A stretch of DNA of 64,000 nucleotides from Raillietiella orientalis. Its lineage: Eukaryota. Positions 39,201 through 51,612 of this stretch are shown one piece after another. A program made the position numbers and the translations under genes. Positions within the stretch are counted from its first letter, which is position 1. Every line of letters starts with the position of its first letter. The notes beneath the pieces were generated by a model that searched no databases, was not told where the DNA came from, and saw only the letters and a list, made by a program, of their open reading frames with translations. Location of the stretch: assembly GCA_036172245.1 (NCBI GenBank), contig JAYWIR010000039.1, positions 434,001-498,000 of the forward strand, read 5' to 3'.

Positions 39201-40689
39201 TGCCGGGGCTTCAGACGTCAGGGGCCTTCGAGACGCTGGAGGGGAGGGCTTGCTGAGTCCGCTTCCTCCTTCGTCTGGGCTCGGCCAGTCTCCTCGGGGC
39301 GGGTGAGCGCGCGAAGCCGTGCTTTTCCGATGCGAAGGGCAGGATGCTCGGCCTCCCCTTACGCCCCTCGCTCCCTTTCCACTTTATCCCTGTAATAGCG
39401 TCCCCACTCGTTCTTCGGAAGGAGAAGGACCGCTCGGCTGCTGCTGTGGCGATGGCTCTGTCGGCGTTCCGTGTGATTTGGCTCCCTGGCGAGCCTGGAA
39501 GGGGCACGGCATGCGATCTCCTCCCGTCTCGGCTCGAGATGATTCATCTCGGCTGCTGAATACCTCCTGGGGGCGTTCCGGAAGTCGGGACTTCCGCTTC
39601 TGGCTTCTTTCCGGGAAGAACCGGACGGGCGGCGCGTCTCTGATGTCAGACTCGGGGAGGAAGGCCGAGACTCCCGCCGCGCTCGCGGGCGTTCCCCGGG
39701 GCTTCAAGGTTCCCGCGCCGCATTTTCAACGGTCCGTCGGGGCCAGTGAAAGGTCTCGAGCCATGGAAGGGAGCGCGTAGGTTCCCCGGGACGCATGGGA
39801 GCGCGCACCCTTCGGAGCGCAGGCAAGGTGGGGGGGGCTTCAAAAGGAAGGGTCGAGGGAAGCACTGTGTTTCCTGCAATTCTGCTCCTCCAGAGCGGAG
39901 TGAGGCGCATGTATCTCTCTTCTTCCTTCTTTTCGTCTAACCTCCCTTCAGGGACTCGGGAAATCCTCTTGTTCTATACGTACAACATGAGCTGCCCACT
40001 CCTGTCTCCTGTCCTCGGACAACTGTAGCGCCTTGCCAAGCTTGTGCGCCCACCTGTACGCTACCGGCGGGCCTTCCCGCCCTGGCCGCCCGGCGGCGCT
40101 GCGCCCGGAGACCTCAATCTTCCTACTCACCACGCGGAGCGCTGAGCTTTGTCGCAAGCCGATAGGTCGTCTCCCGCCCGCTTCCTACCCCAGGCGCTCT
40201 TGTTTTCCCGAGTGACTCGTCTTCGAAGCTGCCGCCCACCACTCCAGGGCCCCCGTGTTCGTTATTACGTTCTGGCGGAGGTATTTCACCGTTTCCGCAA
40301 CCGCACCGTGCTCTTCCTCCATCTGATGCTCCAGACGGGCTGGTGGTCCTCGACGTTGCTTCGTCGCGGCTAGCCGTTCCCGTTGCTTCCGGCATGCGTC
40401 CCGGCGGCACTGTTCGAGGTGACGATGTGCTTCGCCTCTCGCTTTAGGGATTTTCGGTTCCTTCAGCGACTCCTCGCCTCATGGGTCCCGCGACGATCGT
40501 AGCAGATCCGGCGCTCTTCCGGATACCTGCTCTCTCTGCGCTGTCCTAAACCTTCCAGGGCTCCTACAGAGTTCCCGAGAGGTCGGGCGACACCCAAAAG
40601 AACGCGACTTGCACCTCGCCCTGAAGCACAAGGATAGGGTCCGAGATCCGAGTGGACCCGGGAATGGTCTGCCTGGAGGCAACCGCAAC

Positions 40690-41010
40690 CCAGTGCCTTC
40701 GGGCAATCAGACCCGAGTTGCAAATGCAGTGATCAAGTAGGCCAGTCCCTGGAGAGGGAGACCCTTGGAGGAGCAGGATCTTTGGCTGTGACTTTTTCTC
40801 CATAACTCTCGCACGTTGTCGCACACCATGGAGTGGCGGCCGACGCGGCAGCTCCGCAGGCGGATTTCCCCTTTCAAACCGCCACCAAGACCGGAAGCTG
40901 ACTTCCGGAAACAAAGACACTGAAGGTCACACAGGTTCGTGGGCTCTGCTTCGGAAGCAAACAGTGAACGAAGACTCCAAACGCAAGGCGTTTCGCGCCG
41001 CATCCTTCCG
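40690..41010 (-). mobile_element. Decayed LINE RT N-terminal fragment
   Basis: ERGNPPAELPRRPPLHGVRQRARVMEKKSQPKI (cf. KGDP..L.NWRPISLLN.DYKIL.K.LA.RL). Confidence 0.4.
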
Positions 41011-41199
41011 TGTCACTTCAGGCAGCTTCTCCAGGAGAACTTTCGAGATGAACTTTCATTGTCCGTGGTTGGACTATTGTTCCAACCACGTGTAATGGAA
41101 CTGGAGCCTTCCGGGTTGCCGTTTCGCAAACCGGTGCGGTCCACCACGGCAGCAGAGGGGAGGTGGCAAACAAAAAGAAAAGAAAAAAATAAATAAATA

Positions 41200-43330
41200 A
41201 CTTTGATGGGGGGGGAGGAGAATGGATTACGTCCTCCTATGGGGGATTCTCTGCATCCTCTGCAGGATGTCGGCAAGCTCTTGCTGCATGGGGACGACAA
41301 AGTAGGACCATCGCGTTGCCATTCTCATGTAGCTGACGGCGAAGTGGATGGCATTCCTGTCGCTGTCCTCTTCCAGCGTCGCTCCAGGCGACAGAGATCC
41401 CACTTAGACAGCAGAGAGCTACAATGGAGGCTGCCGGCCGAAGTGAGTCGCTGATAAAGAGGGGTTTCAGAATGTCCCTGAAGTTGCCTCCGGAGGTTCC
41501 AAGGGTCGCAGCAAAGCGTTCCTAAAGGGGGCCGGAGGGCAACACAATCCACAAGCATGTGGGGGAGGGATTGACGCTCCCTACACCTAGCACAGTTAGG
41601 GTCCATGCACATCTTCGTGATAAGTGATGCCTGCGGGCGTTGCACGAGAGACCCCATTGCGACAGCATCAATGCTAACTCCAGTCACTTTAAGGGGAGGG
41701 TGGTGCATCTGGCTCCAAGGGCTACCTGGTCGGGACGCCACCGTTCTGCACACGTGGCGCCGTGGAAGATGGAAGTCAGCGAGCGATCTTGAGACGGAAG
41801 CTGATCTCGTAAGGCGAAAGTAAGATTCGATCTCGGACGCAGGATGAATGCCAGAGACACAGGCTGCTTTCAACGCGTGTGATCCTCCAAAGAAACGCAA
41901 AGCCTCGTTTCCCGAAACGACAAGTAGGCAAACTGGCAGCTTGACTTGGGAGATTTCTAATAGGTGACATGTTGGGTGGTTGTGTTCCTTAGTGCGATGA
42001 AGAAACGCAAAAGCTGTGGATCTCAGGTTAAACGCATTGCTGGCAAGAGACGAGACGTTTTTTCATACAATCTCGACACTGGCATCTCTAGATGGATGCG
42101 TCTTTGGTCATTCCAGCATCATGCAACTCTCTGTGACCTCCTTCAGGATTTCCCACCAGCTTCCAGCTGAACTTCCGTCGGCGATCTTCTTGAAGGGGTT
42201 GGCAAACGTCCGACATTACGTGTCAGTTCCTCCATGCGGTTGAAATTCCAGCCTCTTTCGCTTGGTTGCCGGGGAAACTTGAGCTGCACGGGAGGTTCGA
42301 CTTCTTGGCATCTTCCGGATGAGCAGAGAGTTTGCTGCTCGTGTGGATCCACGCGTCGGCGTTCGGAACTGTCTTTTTTGGGTTTTGGGAAGCCATCGTG
42401 AGTGACTCCAGTCCCCTGAGGGCGATAACAGGGGCTTGTTGGACTCTGGTTACGCTCGTTCTCTGAGTGATTGGTGCGAAAATGGTCTGCCCTCAAGCGC
42501 TCGAGAACAGGAAACCAGGAGAGGAGGGTTTTCAAGAATGGAAACGAAGCTTCTCTCATACGATGCAGTTCCCTGCGCTCCGGCGTCGTCGTGCCTGCTC
42601 AAACAGAACCATCCTGGTTCAATCAAACGTGGGTGAAGGGTGGAGCAAAACCCCACCCGTTCCCGTGGAGGGGCAGTCGGTTAGCGCCTTTGGTGAAGCG
42701 GCTGCTGAGCGCCTGAGCTCTAAAAGTCAATGAACCCGACGCTGTTACGAAGAGCCTGTAGACAGCGGGCAAGCAGACTTCCGGTCGTATGAAGGCCGCG
42801 TGAAACGTGCAGAACGCCACGGAGGGTCGGGTGCGGCGCGTGGGACCTGTGCGGACGCGCGCTTCTCAGCGCGCCAACTGCCCGGAGAGGAGAATCTGGC
42901 AAGTCGTCTTCCCCTCCGGCTCCCGAAGTTGGCACGCTTGGCTCCACAGGATGTGCCCCCTAGGCGACTCGCTTCAGAGGTACATGCTCAACGGGACCCT
43001 CTGCATTCAGCAGATCCTAGCCATGGTGACGAGCCGAGAGATTGAAAGCTCCCGAAGATGCAGCGGTTTCGACGGGTCACATGAGAAGGAAGGCCATCCG
43101 CGCCAACGCAAGGAAGTCGAAGATCCCCCACCGAGGATCTCTCTGAGGTTCCAGCGATCGCGGGGCAGACCGCTACGACGGTGTGCGGGTGCAAGCAACT
43201 CCCTCAACGTTGCACGCGGAAGATCGTTGCGCTCGAATAAGTGCTGCAGCCAAGTTTCCTGCTGCTCTCTCCCTCGGATGCAGCAAAGCTGGAGCCAGTC
43301 TCCGCCACGGTTCCTCGGAGGCATCTTAGT
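41200..43330 (-). mobile_element. Largest L1/Tx1-like LINE relic: ORF2 3' half with CCHC motif and 3' end
   Basis: Intact DPNCARCRERQSLPHMLVDC (C-x2-C-x7-H-x4-C), upstream RLPLHGNGWG (cf. LP...GGLG), terminal ELADILQRMQR then T-rich tract. Many stops and frameshifts. Confidence 0.8.
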
Positions 43331-44103
43331 CTAGCAGCAGATGCAGGAACGATTCCATCTCTCGCCCACTAGGAGAGTTCTGAGATGTCACTTCCCCAGG
43401 AAAGAAGGCGCTGGTCCTACCGGAGACCTCAGCGTAAGAATAGCTCTCCTCATGTTCTATCTCAGAGGGAGAGTCGAAGCGTCCAAACGCAGGGAAGGGG
43501 CCGCAAGTCCTTCGGAGGGCACATCCAGGAATTGTCGTCTTGTTCCATTAGCCTTCCCTTCCTTCTCCTCTTCCTCCTCTCTTCCTTCCTTTCTCCAGCT
43601 CATTCCCCAAGACCACGAAGTGGCGGCAGTATGCACCAGTCCTCTTCCAGCTTTCAAGAAGTTTCGTCGCTCCCCCAGTGGTGAGGCAGAACTTTTACCC
43701 CACAGTTGTCGTTCCATGACCATAGGAAATTCTGGAAAGTTCCTGGCGACGGCGCGTTCACTTCCCCCCTTTCTTTGCTGCTCCGCGTCCGGAACGGAGC
43801 TGAGAACATTCGCCTATCCCGGCGGCTCAGAGGGCCACGGAGTTTTTGAGCAAGCTGGGGCTTCCGTCCTCCCGTGGCATTCACAGCACCCCAACAGGAT
43901 CCTGACCACGAGGGATTCCATGCTGTTTGTGTCTCGGTTGCTGCCGCTGCTGTGGTCCGCCTAAAAGGCAGACCGGCGCATCAGCAGCAGAGGCGCGGAT
44001 TGTCAGCTGGCGAGAAGGAAAGGAGGATGCAGGGAAAGGCCGCTGATGAACCATCCGGAATCAACGGGAGAGGGGGCAGTTTCCCAGGAGGGATTCCCGG
44101 ATC

Positions 44104-44308
44104 CACCATGAGCCTGCTGGAAGCAGGGAGTCCTCATTGACCGCGCCCCTCCGAAGCGAGTCGCCTAGGGGGAGCTTCCCGCGGAGTCGGGCGTGCAAAC
44201 TCCGGGTGCCGGAGGGGAAGACGGTTTGCAGATTCTTCTCCCCGGGTGGCTGGTGCGCTGAGGAGCGCCGGTCCGCACGGGTCCCACGCGCCGCACCCGA
44301 CCCTCCGT
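44104..44308. repeat. Inverted repeat IR3, right arm (left arm ~42819-43028, inside the LINE relic)
   Basis: Blocks GAAGCGAGTCGCCTAGGGGG, GCCGGAGGGGAAGACG and GGTCCCACGCGCCGCACCCGACCCTCCGT are shared in inverted orientation; roughly 75-80% overall by eye. Confidence 0.9.
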
Positions 44309-44606
44309 AACGCACATCCGTCTCGCTTCAGCGGCAGCCCTCGTCGCTTCCCCCTGCACAAGCGCTCGCGAGATGAGTCGCTCCAGGACGAGAAGGGGGA
44401 GCGCAGTTGGCATGTGGAAGGGCGGCTTTCGATTTCTCGTTCCGGTAATCCAGGAGCCATTCACCGGCAATGCGTGGGTGTACATGAAAAGACGCACGTG
44501 ATTCGGTCTTGGGGTGCGCCCCCTTTGAAGGAGGGGCGGTGTTCACACTGAGGAGAAAGGAGAGGGCGGAGGAAAGGAGGAGGGGAAAAAAGCAACGGGG
44601 AGCTTT

Positions 44607-44652
44607 CTCTTCCATCATCACCATCACGAGGGTGATAGTGATGATGGAAGAG
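44607..44652. other. Hairpin/palindrome: 21-bp stem (1 mismatch), 4-nt loop
   Basis: CTCTTCCATCATCACCATCAC-gagg-GTGATAGTGATGATGGAAGAG. Confidence 0.85.
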
Positions 44653-45849
44653 GAAAGGTCGCTTTTGTTGCTGCACCTGATGGAATTCGTAATGGAGACG
44701 ATGATTATGGAGAGGAAAAGGAAGGAAGGGAGAACAAGGAGGAGATGGAAGGGAACAGTAGGAAGAGAGGAGGAAGAAGGGAGGAGGAGGAGGAAGGGTG
44801 AGAAGTAAGTCTCTGGACAAGAAGTTCAAGTCCCGAGAAAAGGGAAGGATCTTTGAAGGGGCAGCTGTTCGGGTTCTTACTTGTCGACTGACGTGCATCT
44901 CCTCGGCGGTTCCCGCAGCGCCTGCCAGCTGCGTTTCAACGTCCACCCCTCCAAATGTTCGGTTTTTCCCACCCACTCCGTGGGACGGTAGTCGGGACAC
45001 CCCGAAGAAAGGAACCAGAAGTCCCTCCCGTGCGACGGTCTGCGAGGGAGCCATCCTGGGGGAATTTCTGTTGAGCTCTTCCCAAGGAGGTGCGCTATCC
45101 GCTTGCGGGCGTCGCCGCGCGAGGAGAGGACACGTGCCATGAGACCGTTAGGTCGAGGATCGCGAAGGCTGGGGGCGTCGGCAGTGCTTTTGAGTGCCGC
45201 CGACTCCTGAAGATTCCGGCCAGTGTGGAAGTTCCTCCCGGGAAGAGAGGCAGTAGCATGCGCGGTCTGCAAAAAGCCGGATGCAGGCCACTGAACTCTC
45301 CTCTTCTTGGCTTTGGCTCCGGCGCTCTCCAGGTTGGCCAGCAAGCCTTCCGAGGTGCAGTCGCAGGGGATTTGCGCGCCAACGTGAGTTCTCCCAGTTC
45401 GAGTTGGTGCTTGAGGTAGCGTCCTCCCCGTGCACGCCTCTGCAGCATCTCGCAAATGCTCTTCAAGATCCCCTCACCAAAGGTGCTGACCGTCCTTCCA
45501 TGCAGGATTCTGCTCCGGATCCTTCTCGGGTCAAGGCAGCGCCTTTCCGCAAGGTGCTTTTCCTCTGGCGAGTCCCTCGACAGAGAGCAGGTGTCCCCCA
45601 GCCTTGGGAATCTCCCAAGCAGCTGATCATCACAGAGAATGCTCAAGGCTGGTAAAAGGGCAGTGGGAGCCTCGTGCCAAGTCTTTCGCCGGATCGCGCT
45701 GCTGCTGCTGAGAACCATCAATCCCGGGCAAGAGGGCCAAAGGGGACGGTTGCGAATGCCGTCAAAGACGTTGGAAACAAAGAAAACTGGTCGGTCAGGC
45801 TGAATCTTGGCGCCTTTGCATCTTCCAAGTGTCCTGGAGCGCCCCGGGT

Positions 45850-46150
45850 CAGCGTTCGGAGGAGGCCCCCGAAGTGGCTGACCTCTTGGGCAACTTATCT
45901 CTAGAGGGACCTCACCCACCATAGGAGGCAGGTCGTGGGAACCATTCCACTTGCTTGGAATCCTCCTTGAAGAAGAAGCACCTTCAGCTCCCCTCCGCGA
46001 AGTTCCTGAACTGACTCCAGGGCAACCGGCCTGCGTGCCGGCAAAAGGTATAGAGGATGGCGGCACTGGCAGCAGCGGTAGGGCGCGAGCAACCCACCGA
46101 TGCCTGTCGACAAGAACTTGCTGTGGTTCGGGACGAAATGAGTAGGACGA
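45850..46150 (-). mobile_element. Decayed Tx1-like LINE ORF1 fragment
   Basis: RRIPSKW...PLEISCPRGQPLRG (cf. IPS....v.YxGQP..C). Confidence 0.45.
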
Positions 46151-49100
46151 GGTCATCTTCCGCAGGTCATCACTGCTCGCGTTTCAAAAACTCAAAGGAG
46201 GTCAAACAAGAAGACCATGCGATGAAGATTCAATGCTGCAGCAGCCAGGAGGAAGGTGAACCCCGCACGGAAGAGGAGGAAAGAAACGACCCTGAGCCCT
46301 CGGCCATGAGAGACCGGGGTGCCTCTAAGATTCGAAGGGGGCTGCATCAGGGAACAGGGAGAGAGGTCGAGTTTTTCCTTCCCTCCGGGAGACCTGCGGC
46401 AGCAAACAGAACCCGAGCTCGGTCCCATTACGCGCGTGCGCGCGCCTAGGGACCGGACCACGGCCCGCTCTGGAGGACTGCGAGCCGGCACTCACGTAGG
46501 AGGAGGATGTCGCGCAGATGCCCTTGGCCGTCCCTCTACCACGGCCTGCACCCTGTCGGAAGCTGCTTGGCAGTTCCCAGGGGACATTCTGCGCATCTTG
46601 ACCTCAAGGAGAAGAAAAGAGAAAAAGCGATGACTGCGGCCGTGGAGACGGTGACGAGTGGGAGCAACTGAGACCGAGAAAGGGGAGGAGGTCGAGATGG
46701 CAGAGTAGGAGAGGGATGAAGGGGTCGGAGAGGATGTCCCTCCAGGGGATCGGTGGAGACCATCAGGGTGTCACCACTTTCCTTGTACAGAGCGTAAGTC
46801 GGGTGGTGGCAGCTGGGTCCTAGAGGGGACGCCGTCGCGAGTTTGCGCAACTGCGCGATCCCCTGTGGCAAGCCCTGACACAAAATCAGGGGAGGAAGGA
46901 AGGAAAATGCCCGCCCTTTCTTCCCCTGCTTCCTTCCCTGGCGGCAGCCTGAGCGCGTGCTGCGACAGGGATCGGAGCGATCAGCCTGGAGCCCTCTTCG
47001 CCCTTCGCCCTTCCGAAGGATGTCGCACCCGGAGATGATGATCGCCCGCTGCGATGTTCCCCCTCGGACATGAACACGCAGGTTCCGCTCGGGCCAGCCG
47101 TCGCTCGAGGGAGCCGTCATGAGGGCGCAGGGCCTCGCTAGAGGGCTGAGCACTGTCTCTTGCTGGCGGGACCCCAGCATCCCTGGAAACGTTCTGGATG
47201 CTCCCTTCTGAGGGAACTTGTGGAGCTCTTCGGTCGCCGGAGTGCCCGCAGGACCTCGGTGGTCACGCGACCGACTGCAGACTTCCCCGCAGGGCAGCCG
47301 CAGTGCTTCCCTCATGCTCTTGAGACGGGCAGTCGAGGTCCCTCCTTCGGAAAAGAGGGGAAAGGGTGACAGCGATGACGATGCTGATGCTAATGATGGC
47401 GATGATGGTGAGGGGAATGCGGAGGGAGAATCTGCTCTCGTGGGAAGACCGGCAGCTTCACCCCAAGTGCCTGGGGGCATGTCATATCTAGGGATGCGGG
47501 AGGTTGCGCCTCAGGGGAAGCCGGCGTCCAGGAAGGGGGGAGGGAAGGAACCATCTGGATGCAAGGCGCAGGGACGCAGATGCTGGTGCGGGAGAGCTGG
47601 TGCAGAGCCCCTGACGGGATTCCGGGAGCAGCCCCTGCTTCCAGTCGTTGGCGCACCGGTTGGAAAGCGCTCCTAGCCAGCTTCATCTCCCATTCCTTGT
47701 CTACCCTTTTACCCTTAGAACCGCAGCAGCACTGTCGGAGTCCTAAGGTGCCCTCAACCCTTCCGGGAATGCTGTTCCTGCTCGTTCGCGATCCAGAGAG
47801 GAGAGGTTCCGCGAAAGGCGCGACGTTCCCGCTCCCGGGAGACTCCGAGGTGTTCCACTTGGATTCCCAGGGTGTGCTTCGAGTCTGGACCGCACCCCGC
47901 CAAGGGTGACTGCTCCAAAGGGAGTTACAGGAACTCTCCTCACTGGCGCTCGGTCTCGCTGAAACCAGCCCAGGGGACTGGACACTTTCAGCATGTTCCG
48001 GCACCGCCAATGCGCAGGGATGGGATGGGAGACAGCAGGAAGACGCGACGGGACACGCTCTCCACGGGCAACACTCCCGGGCATCTAGCTTCTCGGCATA
48101 CTCTCTGAACCTTGGGACCCTTCGGAACCGTTCCCGTCCCTTCTCGCGAGGAGACAGCGGGAACGAAACTCTTCAGGTGGGGGATCGGAGGAACAGGAAA
48201 GGTCGCAGAGCCCGGCAACGTCCAGGGAAGCGACGGAAAAAACCACCCCTCCCCTATTCTTGCTTTGCACATTCTAGTTCTTTAAGGGTCATCAGGAAGG
48301 AAGGGAAAAGGATGTCAGGGTGTGTTTGTCGTGGGGCACCACGCCGGGGCGTAGAGAGAGCTGGGAATCCCGAACCTGTAGTTCTCTGGAATGAATCTGC
48401 CGTTTCCCTTCCTTCAGGGGCATCTGCTGTGCCAGAAATGTATTCATCGTTTTATCCTCCCGCCTTACTCTCCTTTATTCTTCTTCTGGCGTCCCCTTAT
48501 CCTCTTCTATTCTCCTTTTCCTATCAATTTTCTCCTCCTCCTCTTGGTCCTCCTTTCCACCTCTCCCTTTCCACCTCCTCGTCTTCTCTTCTTCCTCTTC
48601 CTCTTTCCGTCGGCTGTTCCTCCTGCTTCTCATGCATACGCCGCCGACTGGAGGACCAAGAATCCCTCCTCCAGGACACAGACCACCCGTTGACAGTGGT
48701 CTCCCTTTCGCAGAGCAGGACGGTGATGTTCGGCTGAGCCTGCGCAACGCGGCGCAGCGCTTGCCACCGGTAGTCGGCAGCCGCAACGGGGGTCGGCTGG
48801 AAAAGAAGTTGTGGATGAAGGAGAGGGAAGGCACGAGATCTCTGCAGAGCCCCAAGGAGAGCTCGTCCGACCGCAAGAGTGTCTGGCGGCAAGGACGTAA
48901 GCTCAGGCAGGAGGACGGTGCACCGTTGCTAGGTCGACAGATGCACCCGAGGCCAGATGCCAGCATGAATCCGAGGCAGGCAGATGGGTGTGACGCAGAT
49001 GCGCGGATGGATCATGTCGGTGTTTGCTTAATTTCTCAAAAGAGGCGAAAGAGGGAGGGGATGCGAAGAGGAGGGACCCAACCCGCTCCAAGAGGACTGC

Positions 49101-50565
49101 GGTCTTTCAATCTTCTAATGGAGCCACTCACAAATGGGCGCCCCCGGCGGGAACGCCCGGCAGTTACCCCCGGGGTCCGATAGCATCGTGGTTCGCTCTG
49201 GATGATGCTGGACAACGTGGCATCTGCATGACACTCCACCCGTTCCCCGGTCGGCCTCGGGACCTCTGCACGCCGCAGAGTGAGAGCGAACACCGCCCTC
49301 GCCTTCGGGCACGAATCGGCGAAGCGCCTGCCCGAGTAGACGACGCGCGCGAGGGGTTCCCTATCGATGCCGCCGCCCCTCGGGCGTCCGTGCCGAACGA
49401 ATGGATGAGGGGGAGTGGGGTAGGTGGTCGTCTCTGGGCAGCGCGGTTCTCTGCTGCCAATCCAAGGGGAAGAGAAACGGGGAATACAGCTCTCGGGAAG
49501 TCCATCGCTTCTTCTTCGGTCCTTCCTGAACGCCTCGACCTCCTCCCTTCGCTCGGGAACGCCAGGTCAGGGAAAGGAGGGATGTTTTTCTTCCCCCTTC
49601 TGCATGGCAACGAGTTCTAGGGTGGAAATGTGGCATCAGTTCGAGTCTGGACCGTGTCTTGGAGGTCGGGGGGTCATCATCGTCCCTACACCGACTAAAG
49701 CATGGGGGACAGGCGGGAACTGGGGGTAGGAGCGCTCGCTGCTGCCCGATCCTTCTCCACCGCAAACAGTAACGTGAATGTAGCGCCCCTGTTTTCTCGA
49801 CAGAGAACGGGTCTCTCCTCTTTTCCCAGTCGATGCCTCTGGGAAACCCCCAGGATGGACGAGCAGCGCTCCCTCCCTCTCTTCGCCGAACCCGCGGTCC
49901 TTACCTTCCCTGAAGGTCCGAGGGTCCGGTTCCCGCCGATTCTTACCTTTCGGTGCATCCCGGATTCTGCATGACAGGAAGCCGCAATCCGTCGAGGCTG
50001 CGCTGCAACCGGCGCGTCCGGGAAGTTTCCGTCTCCGGCTGCTGCTCGGGAAGCTCCTCCTCCCACGCGAGCCCTTCGCCTTCACGGACAGAGTCCGTCC
50101 TGGTCGAAGGCAGAGGGAAGCGAGAAGCCTGAACCGGAGATCACCTAGGGAAGAGGGATAGAGGGCAGAGAAGACGGCAAAGCACTGCTTCCAGAGAGGC
50201 TACTCCTTGAGGGGCCTCCCGTCCGGCCCGCACTCCCCGGAGCGGAGCGCCTTGGGCGACTTCCCCACGCGTTGCCGCCGCCTCCCGAGGTCGCGGCGAG
50301 ACTGACCTTCCGGCTGAAACCGCTCTGCGGCGAATGTGAAGTCCGACCGAGGTCACAGTCCTTCTGGTGGAAATAGAACAGGACCCTCACGAGGAGAAGG
50401 AAACAAGCGGTGGAAAGAGGTCAGTCCCCACCTCCCCTTTCTCCTTTCCTTCGGAATCCCTTCCTGCTGCGATGATTGCGAGGGAGGGCTGAGAGGCCGT
50501 CCAGAACGTCTCCCTCCTTTCCCACCCCTCTTCACCCCAGTCATCCCTTGCCTGCTTTCAGTCAT

Positions 50566-50571
50566 TTTATT
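50566..50571 (-). promoter_or_regulatory. Candidate polyadenylation signal of the LHFPL-like gene
   Basis: AATAAA on the minus strand about 205 nt downstream of the TAG, in a GC-rich context. Confidence 0.55.
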
Positions 50572-50777
50572 GTAGTGCTGGCGCCGCCGAGAGGTGGCGG
50601 GTCGATCGCAGAGTGTCCGACTGGCGGTTCTGAAGCTCTCCTACTCTGCCGACTGGTCGCGTGAAGGGCAGCGCCATCTCCTTCGTTGTGGCTTTGCGGC
50701 GAGGACACGGGAGAGCAGTGCCTCTTCCTCTGTACGGAGAGGGAGTCTTCCTGTGGCGAGGAGGAGGGACGTGAGGG

Positions 50778-51013
50778 CTACAGGAGCGTTCCCAGGGCGG
50801 TTCGCGGGTCGTCCTCGCAAGCGGGAGCGGCGAGCCTCGCCAGGATGGGGCAGTACAGGCTGATGGCGCACGCCACGATGGCCAGTACGTACGCCCACCC
50901 CATCTCGCAGTCCTCCGGGTTGAAGCTGGTGGCGCCCCTCCCGCAGAAGAGACGCCCCCACTGGCTGTCCAAGTGGAGGGGGTAGACCAGAAGTCCCAGG
51001 ACCTGCAGCACCC
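50778..51013 (-). CDS. LHFPL/TMHS-family tetraspan membrane protein, coding exon 3 (last)
   Basis: Pyrimidine tract and cccacag acceptor at 51014; encodes GVLQVLGLLVYPLHLDSQWGRLFCG...DCEMGWAYVLAIVACAISLYCPIL...TLL*. YP..lDS....CG......C.lGWAY.LA is the LHFPL family signature. Confidence 0.92.
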
Positions 51014-51126
51014 CTGTGGGAGGAAGGAAGGTGGCGGCGGAGGGTATGTGTGCGGGAGGGAGGCGGGGGGGGGGGGGAGAAGAGAGGAAAGGGAGGAGAA
51101 GGGGCCTTCATGACCCGCCCGCTCAC

Positions 51127-51401
51127 CTGCGGCGATTTGCACGCAGGCGGTCCTGCTGAGGATGTCCTCCCTGCCGGGCGGGACCGGGAAGAGCAGGTGC
51201 GTCACGGACGAGACGGAGGAGAAGATGAACAGCATGGAGCCCATGCCGTACGTCACGGCGCTCAGGTGGCGCAGCGACCAGCTTGGCGCCGCGGGGTACT
51301 CGCACAGGACGCAGCCTCCCGGTCGCTCCCCGTACCTGTAGAAGACCGGACCAAAGCCGATCCTCCTGGCGCGGTTCACCCACCAGTCGGGCTCCATCAG
51401 G
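51127..51401 (-). CDS. LHFPL/TMHS-family tetraspan membrane protein, coding exon 2
   Basis: ttgcag acceptor and GTGAGC donor; 275 nt with phases matching both neighbours. Encodes SLMEPDWWVN...GFGP...AVTYGMGSMLFIF...VQIAA (P.W, FG, TM2 and start of TM3). Confidence 0.9.
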
Positions 51402-51481
51402 CTGCAAGGAGAGCGGGAGGGAGGAGGGGAAGAACAGGGGGGCATGCGGGGGCGGCGCTCGCGCGTGCCCCCTGGTCGCAC

Positions 51482-51612
51482 CTGACGACGGAGGCGAACA
51501 CCACGAAGCCGGTCACCAGCGACCACACCACGGACACCGACCACGACGTCTCCTTCTCTGCCACGGATGCATACGGCGGCGGCGGCGACCCGGCGTGAAA
51601 CTCGCGCCGCAT
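51482..51612 (-). CDS. LHFPL/TMHS-family tetraspan membrane protein, coding exon 1 (spliced CDS 642 nt, 213 aa)
   Basis: ATG at 51612; encodes MRREFHAGSPPPPYASVAEKETSWSVSVVWSLVTGFVVFASVV (TM1); AG|GTGCGA donor. Introns are 80 and 113 nt. The start is the first in-frame ATG; an upstream exon cannot be excluded. Confidence 0.85.

Noticed and set aside
7050..43330. Calling the Tx1-like relics Keno elements inserted in U2 genes
   Set aside because: Their visible 3' ends are followed by T-rich sequence rather than the U2 3' half, and the U2 fragments appear antisense and internal to relics.
50567..51544. 325-aa ORF taken as a single-exon gene
   Set aside because: Only its middle (exon 2) is coding; the rest reads through introns and out of frame across exons 1 and 3.
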